In this document: one piece after another, positions 60,797 to 64,000 of the stretch | Layout of the letters: each line of letters starts with the position of its first letter | Numbering within the stretch: position 1 is the stretch's first letter | Source: Patescibacteria group bacterium | Lineage (GTDB): Bacteria; Patescibacteriota; Gracilibacteria; UBA1369; 2-02-FULL-48-14 | Assembly (NCBI GenBank): GCA_018816805.1 | Contig: JAHIVE010000005.1 | Span: forward strand, 39,102-103,101 | Length of the DNA: 64,000 nucleotides | Direction: 5' to 3' | The notes under the pieces: generated by a model | Database searches by the model: none | What the model was told of the DNA's origin: nothing | Seen by the model: the letters and a program-made list of their open reading frames with translations, nothing else | Translations under genes and position numbers: made by a program

Positions 60797-62262
60797 ATGA
60801 AATAATTTTTAAAAAAGCAAATTCACCTTTCACCCTAATAATATTTGGGGCATCTGGCTCACTGGCAAGACTAAAACTTTTCCCGGCCATTTATGAATTG
60901 GCAAAAGAGAATAGAATGCCAGCAGAATACAAAATTGTAGGTTATGCACGCACCCCAATGACAAATGAAGAATTCAGAAGCAACTTTGAAAAATCAATCA
61001 AGAAAAAGGAAAAACATGTAGATCAAAAAGTGCTTAACCAACTTTTAGAAAATCTTTTCTATGTAGCTGGCCAGTATGATCAAGAAGACGACTACATTAA
61101 CTTCCGCAAAGAGCTCAAAAAAATTGAGAAAACCCGCAACAGAGTTAGAATTGCATACTTCTCCGTGCCTCCTATGGCTTTCAAAAGCATATTCAAGAAT
61201 CTGGGAATAGTTAATTTCAATACAAAAAAAACCCCTTTAAGACTAGTAATTGAAAAACCATTTGGTTACGACCTTAGGTCAGCAAAAAAATTGCAAAAAA
61301 TCTTAAAAAAATACTTTGAAAGCGAACAAATCTACCTGCTTGATCATTATTTAGGAAAAGAAGCGGTGAGCAACCTTCTTTCGCTGCGCTACGCCAACCC
61401 AATTCTGACTACCTTGATGGATAAAAAATACGTCTCAAACATTCAAATTTTCGGACTTGAAAAATCAGGTATTGAAGGTAGATCCAACTATTTTGACCAC
61501 GTGGGAATAATTAGAGATATGGTTCAGTCTCATCTTCTGCAAATTTTGACATATCTGACAATGTACTTGCCTGAACAGGAAACAGACGAAGCAATCCACC
61601 ATGAAAAAGCACGCGTACTAGACTCAATCAGAATAAAAAACATAAAAACAGACGTTGTAAGAGGGCAATACAAAAAATATTTAGATGAACCAGGAATCCC
61701 AAAAGATTCGCAAACTGAAACATTCGCAGCACTTAAATTGGAAATGAAACACCCTCTTTGGCGCGGTGTTCCAATTTACATGATGGCGGGGAAGGCATTA
61801 AAACAAAAATGGACCGCTGTTGTCATTGAATTTAAACCAAGAAAACCCCAAAAAAACCGTAAAAATCTTCCGCCAAACAGAATTTTAATCCAACTCCAAC
61901 CATACGAAAAAATTGAATTATCACTACTTACAAAACTTGGCGGAAAAACCTTCGACTTTCACGAACTCACAACCGGCCGCCCAATTTATTGCAGCGGTGA
62001 CTGCCTAACCGAACATGGCCGACTACTCTTAGACATTATTGCTGGCGACCGCGGCCTTTTCCTCAATTTTGAAGAAATTTTTGCAGCATGGGTCGTAACA
62101 GATCCAATCCAAAAAATGTGCTCAAAAAAACAAAAACGCTGCAAAGACCTACTTATTTATGATGAAGATAGCCTTGGCCCCAAAGCCGCAGACGACCTAA
62201 TAGAAAATGACGGCTTTTCATGGTTTTATTCTCTACCCAAAAATGACAAATCTAATCTTTGA
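60787..62262 (+). CDS. zwf: glucose-6-phosphate 1-dehydrogenase
   Basis: IFGASGSLARLKLFPAIYEL and the active-site region LLDHYLGKEAVSNL. It overlaps the gnd stop by 10 nt. Confidence 0.92.
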   Translation: MAMNEIIFKKANSPFTLIIFGASGSLARLKLFPAIYELAKENRMPAEYKIVGYARTPMTNEEFRSNFEKSIKKKEKHVDQKVLNQLLENLFYVAGQYDQEDDYINFRKELKKIEKTRNRVRIAYFSVPPMAFKSIFKNLGIVNFNTKKTPLRLVIEKPFGYDLRSAKKLQKILKKYFESEQIYLLDHYLGKEAVSNLLSLRYANPILTTLMDKKYVSNIQIFGLEKSGIEGRSNYFDHVGIIRDMVQSHLLQILTYLTMYLPEQETDEAIHHEKARVLDSIRIKNIKTDVVRGQYKKYLDEPGIPKDSQTETFAALKLEMKHPLWRGVPIYMMAGKALKQKWTAVVIEFKPRKPQKNRKNLPPNRILIQLQPYEKIELSLLTKLGGKTFDFHELTTGRPIYCSGDCLTEHGRLLLDIIAGDRGLFLNFEEIFAAWVVTDPIQKMCSKKQKRCKDLLIYDEDSLGPKAADDLIENDGFSWFYSLPKNDKSNL

Positions 62263-62938
62263 ACCTGCAAATTCAGATACAGAGTTTTTTGAAAAAGCTT
62301 TAGACGACCTTGTTTTTTCAATTAAAGAAATCCTCAGCGAATACGATGAATGCCGCATAGGCTTAGCTGGTGGAAAAACTCCAAAAAAACTCTACACCCT
62401 CCTTGCAAAAGAAAAACTGCCATGGGAAAAAATACGAATTATTCAAATAGATGAACGCTACGTTCTAAGCGACGACCCATCAAGCAATCTAAAAATGCTC
62501 AGGGACACTCTTTTAAAGCAAGTGCCAATCCCACCTGAAAACATTATTACATTCGACACTTCACTCCCAATGCAGTCCGCCGCAAAAGAGATGTCTCGTA
62601 AAATGATTGCACTCTCACACCACAGATTCCCAATAATTGACATAATTGTATTAGGAGCGGGCGCAGACGGCCACATAGCATCGCTTTTTGAAGACACAGA
62701 CTCACTGTCATGCCCCTATTACGCCTGTGCAGAGGTCATAGAAGGGGTCGAAATCCCCGAACGACTAACCCTATCATTAATTACACTCAAAAGTTCAAAA
62801 CGAGCATTACTTCTATTAAAAGGTGCAGAAAAAAAGCCGGTCCTTAGTGCCTTAAAAGGAGAGATTAAAGAACCAAAAATCACAGCCTTAAAAGAGCTCG
62901 CAGAGAAAATGCCAATAAAAGTTCACTACTTCTTCTAG
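62243..62938 (+). CDS. pgl: 6-phosphogluconolactonase
   Basis: GLAGGKTPKKLY, DERYV and LGAGADGHIASLF. ATG 62243 is preferred and overlaps the zwf end by 20 nt. Confidence 0.88.
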   Translation: MTNLIFEPANSDTEFFEKALDDLVFSIKEILSEYDECRIGLAGGKTPKKLYTLLAKEKLPWEKIRIIQIDERYVLSDDPSSNLKMLRDTLLKQVPIPPENIITFDTSLPMQSAAKEMSRKMIALSHHRFPIIDIIVLGAGADGHIASLFEDTDSLSCPYYACAEVIEGVEIPERLTLSLITLKSSKRALLLLKGAEKKPVLSALKGEIKEPKITALKELAEKMPIKVHYFF

Positions 62939-64000
62939 CTTCCGGCCTTTACAGCAGCCAGAATATCCTTTCCAGCAAGTCCGGCTCTTTCATATAATTC
63001 ATCCGAAGTACCTGAAAGCGCATATTTGGAAACACCCAATTCTTTTATAGAGGCTTGAACTTGTGCCTCAGCCAACGCAGCCTTCACAAAAGAACCCAAA
63101 CCGGTTTTAAGCGCATGATCATGAACCGTAACAACATGTCCGGTCTTCTTAACACTTTCAACAATAGTTTCATTATCAAAAGGTGCAAAACTTGAAACAC
63201 AAATCACTTCAATGTCAGAAAGCTCATCCGCAACCTTCAAAGCCCTCTCCACCATTGGTCCTGCAGCAATAATTGTAGCCTTTGTCCCACTTCTCAAAAT
63301 ATCGGCTTTCCCAAGCTTAAACTCATAATCCCCCGCAAAAAACGGAGTTCCATCCTCCTTGCAAATCACAGACACCTTAGACCGTCCCATTCGAACATAA
63401 AAATTATTGTAGTGACTTGCCACAAACCTAATAATTCTATCGCACTGATTTGGGTCAGCAGGCTCTAAAATATGAGTATGCATAAATCCTTCAAACGAAT
63501 TAATATCATCAATAGCTTGGTGTGTCGGCCCATCCTCACCAACTGAAAGCCCACAGTGCGTGGCAACCATTTTCACATTTGTCTCATTAATATCATTCAC
63601 TCTTGCTTGATCCTTTGCGCGACTGGACATAAATGCCCCAAAAGTGCTCGCAAACGGAATAAATCCGCGTAAAGAAAACCCTCCGGCAGCCGAAACCATA
63701 TGTTGCTCGGCAATCCCACATTCAATATGCCTTTCTGGGAAATTTTCTTTCACCCCATCCGTCTTAACGCTCCCAGCCAAATCCGCAGTCATTGCCAAAA
63801 TATTTTCATTTCTCTGAGCCAAATCCAAAAGCGCTTTACCGTACGCACTTCTGCAATCCGTTTTATCTTCAGCCGAATACGTTATTGGCTCACCTTGGTC
63901 AATTGGACACTCGGCATCAAGTTCTGGCTCTCCAAGCGTCTCTATTTCATTTGGCAATGCTGCCAAACCGTTTTTTAGAATTTCCTCTTCTTCAGGGTTC
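62935..64000 (-). CDS. tkt: transketolase (pyrimidine-binding and C-terminal domains), N-terminal part beyond the window edge
   Basis: RSAYGKALLDLA...LAMTADLAGSVKT and ERHIECGIAEQHMVSAAGG. The track start at 63966 is a TTG. The same frame stays open from 63967 to 64000 (...NPEEEEILKNG), so the gene probably continues upstream as a fused transketolase. Confidence 0.8.
   Translation of the reverse strand, partial: NPEEEEILKNGLAALPNEIETLGEPELDAECPIDQGEPITYSAEDKTDCRSAYGKALLDLAQRNENILAMTADLAGSVKTDGVKENFPERHIECGIAEQHMVSAAGGFSLRGFIPFASTFGAFMSSRAKDQARVNDINETNVKMVATHCGLSVGEDGPTHQAIDDINSFEGFMHTHILEPADPNQCDRIIRFVASHYNNFYVRMGRSKVSVICKEDGTPFFAGDYEFKLGKADILRSGTKATIIAAGPMVERALKVADELSDIEVICVSSFAPFDNETIVESVKKTGHVVTVHDHALKTGLGSFVKAALAEAQVQASIKELGVSKYALSGTSDELYERAGLAGKDILAAVKAGS

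Overview
This is a compact, gene-dense bacterial window that uses the standard genetic code: TGA ends conserved proteins such as RNase III, Gnd and Zwf. About 75 protein genes and 3 tRNAs are supported. Gene content and style suggest a small-genome CPR/Patescibacteria-type organism, possibly Peregrinibacteria-like; this is inference only. Most of the window is housekeeping: proS, ftsA, rpmF-nusB-rnc, nifS-nifU, rpsT, maf, tmk-like-folD-purF-purD, dut, rplA-rplK, nusG-secE, rlmE, rsmG, rsmE, polX, pyrD, typA, a DEAD-box helicase, rpmA, gnd-zwf-pgl and tkt. The main candidate for an undescribed system is a tightly coupled four-gene operon at 26816-35658. It encodes two proteins that are each an internal triplication of a VirB2/TrbC-like pilin hairpin (TM, charged loop, TM). 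These are followed by a ~1600-aa and a 718-aa protein that carry the same hairpin fused to long PKD-domain arrays. No secretion ATPase is present in the window. Other notable items: (1) a tRNA with anticodon CAU split by a 252-nt IC3-like group I intron (13387-13714); (2) a short RhuM-family gene wedged between that tRNA and tRNA-Ala; (3) duplicated 3' ends of tRNA-Ala and tRNA-Gln flanking small inserts, which look like integration scars; (4) two paralogous SLH-anchored surface proteins; (5) an orphan sdpR-sdpI pair with a candidate operator; (6) a 103-bp element with 24-bp inverted termini upstream of rpmF; (7) a secE-nusG-rplKA cluster interrupted by orphan genes. Promoter and hairpin calls are pattern matches only. 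No rRNA genes, CRISPR arrays, transposases or integrases were seen.
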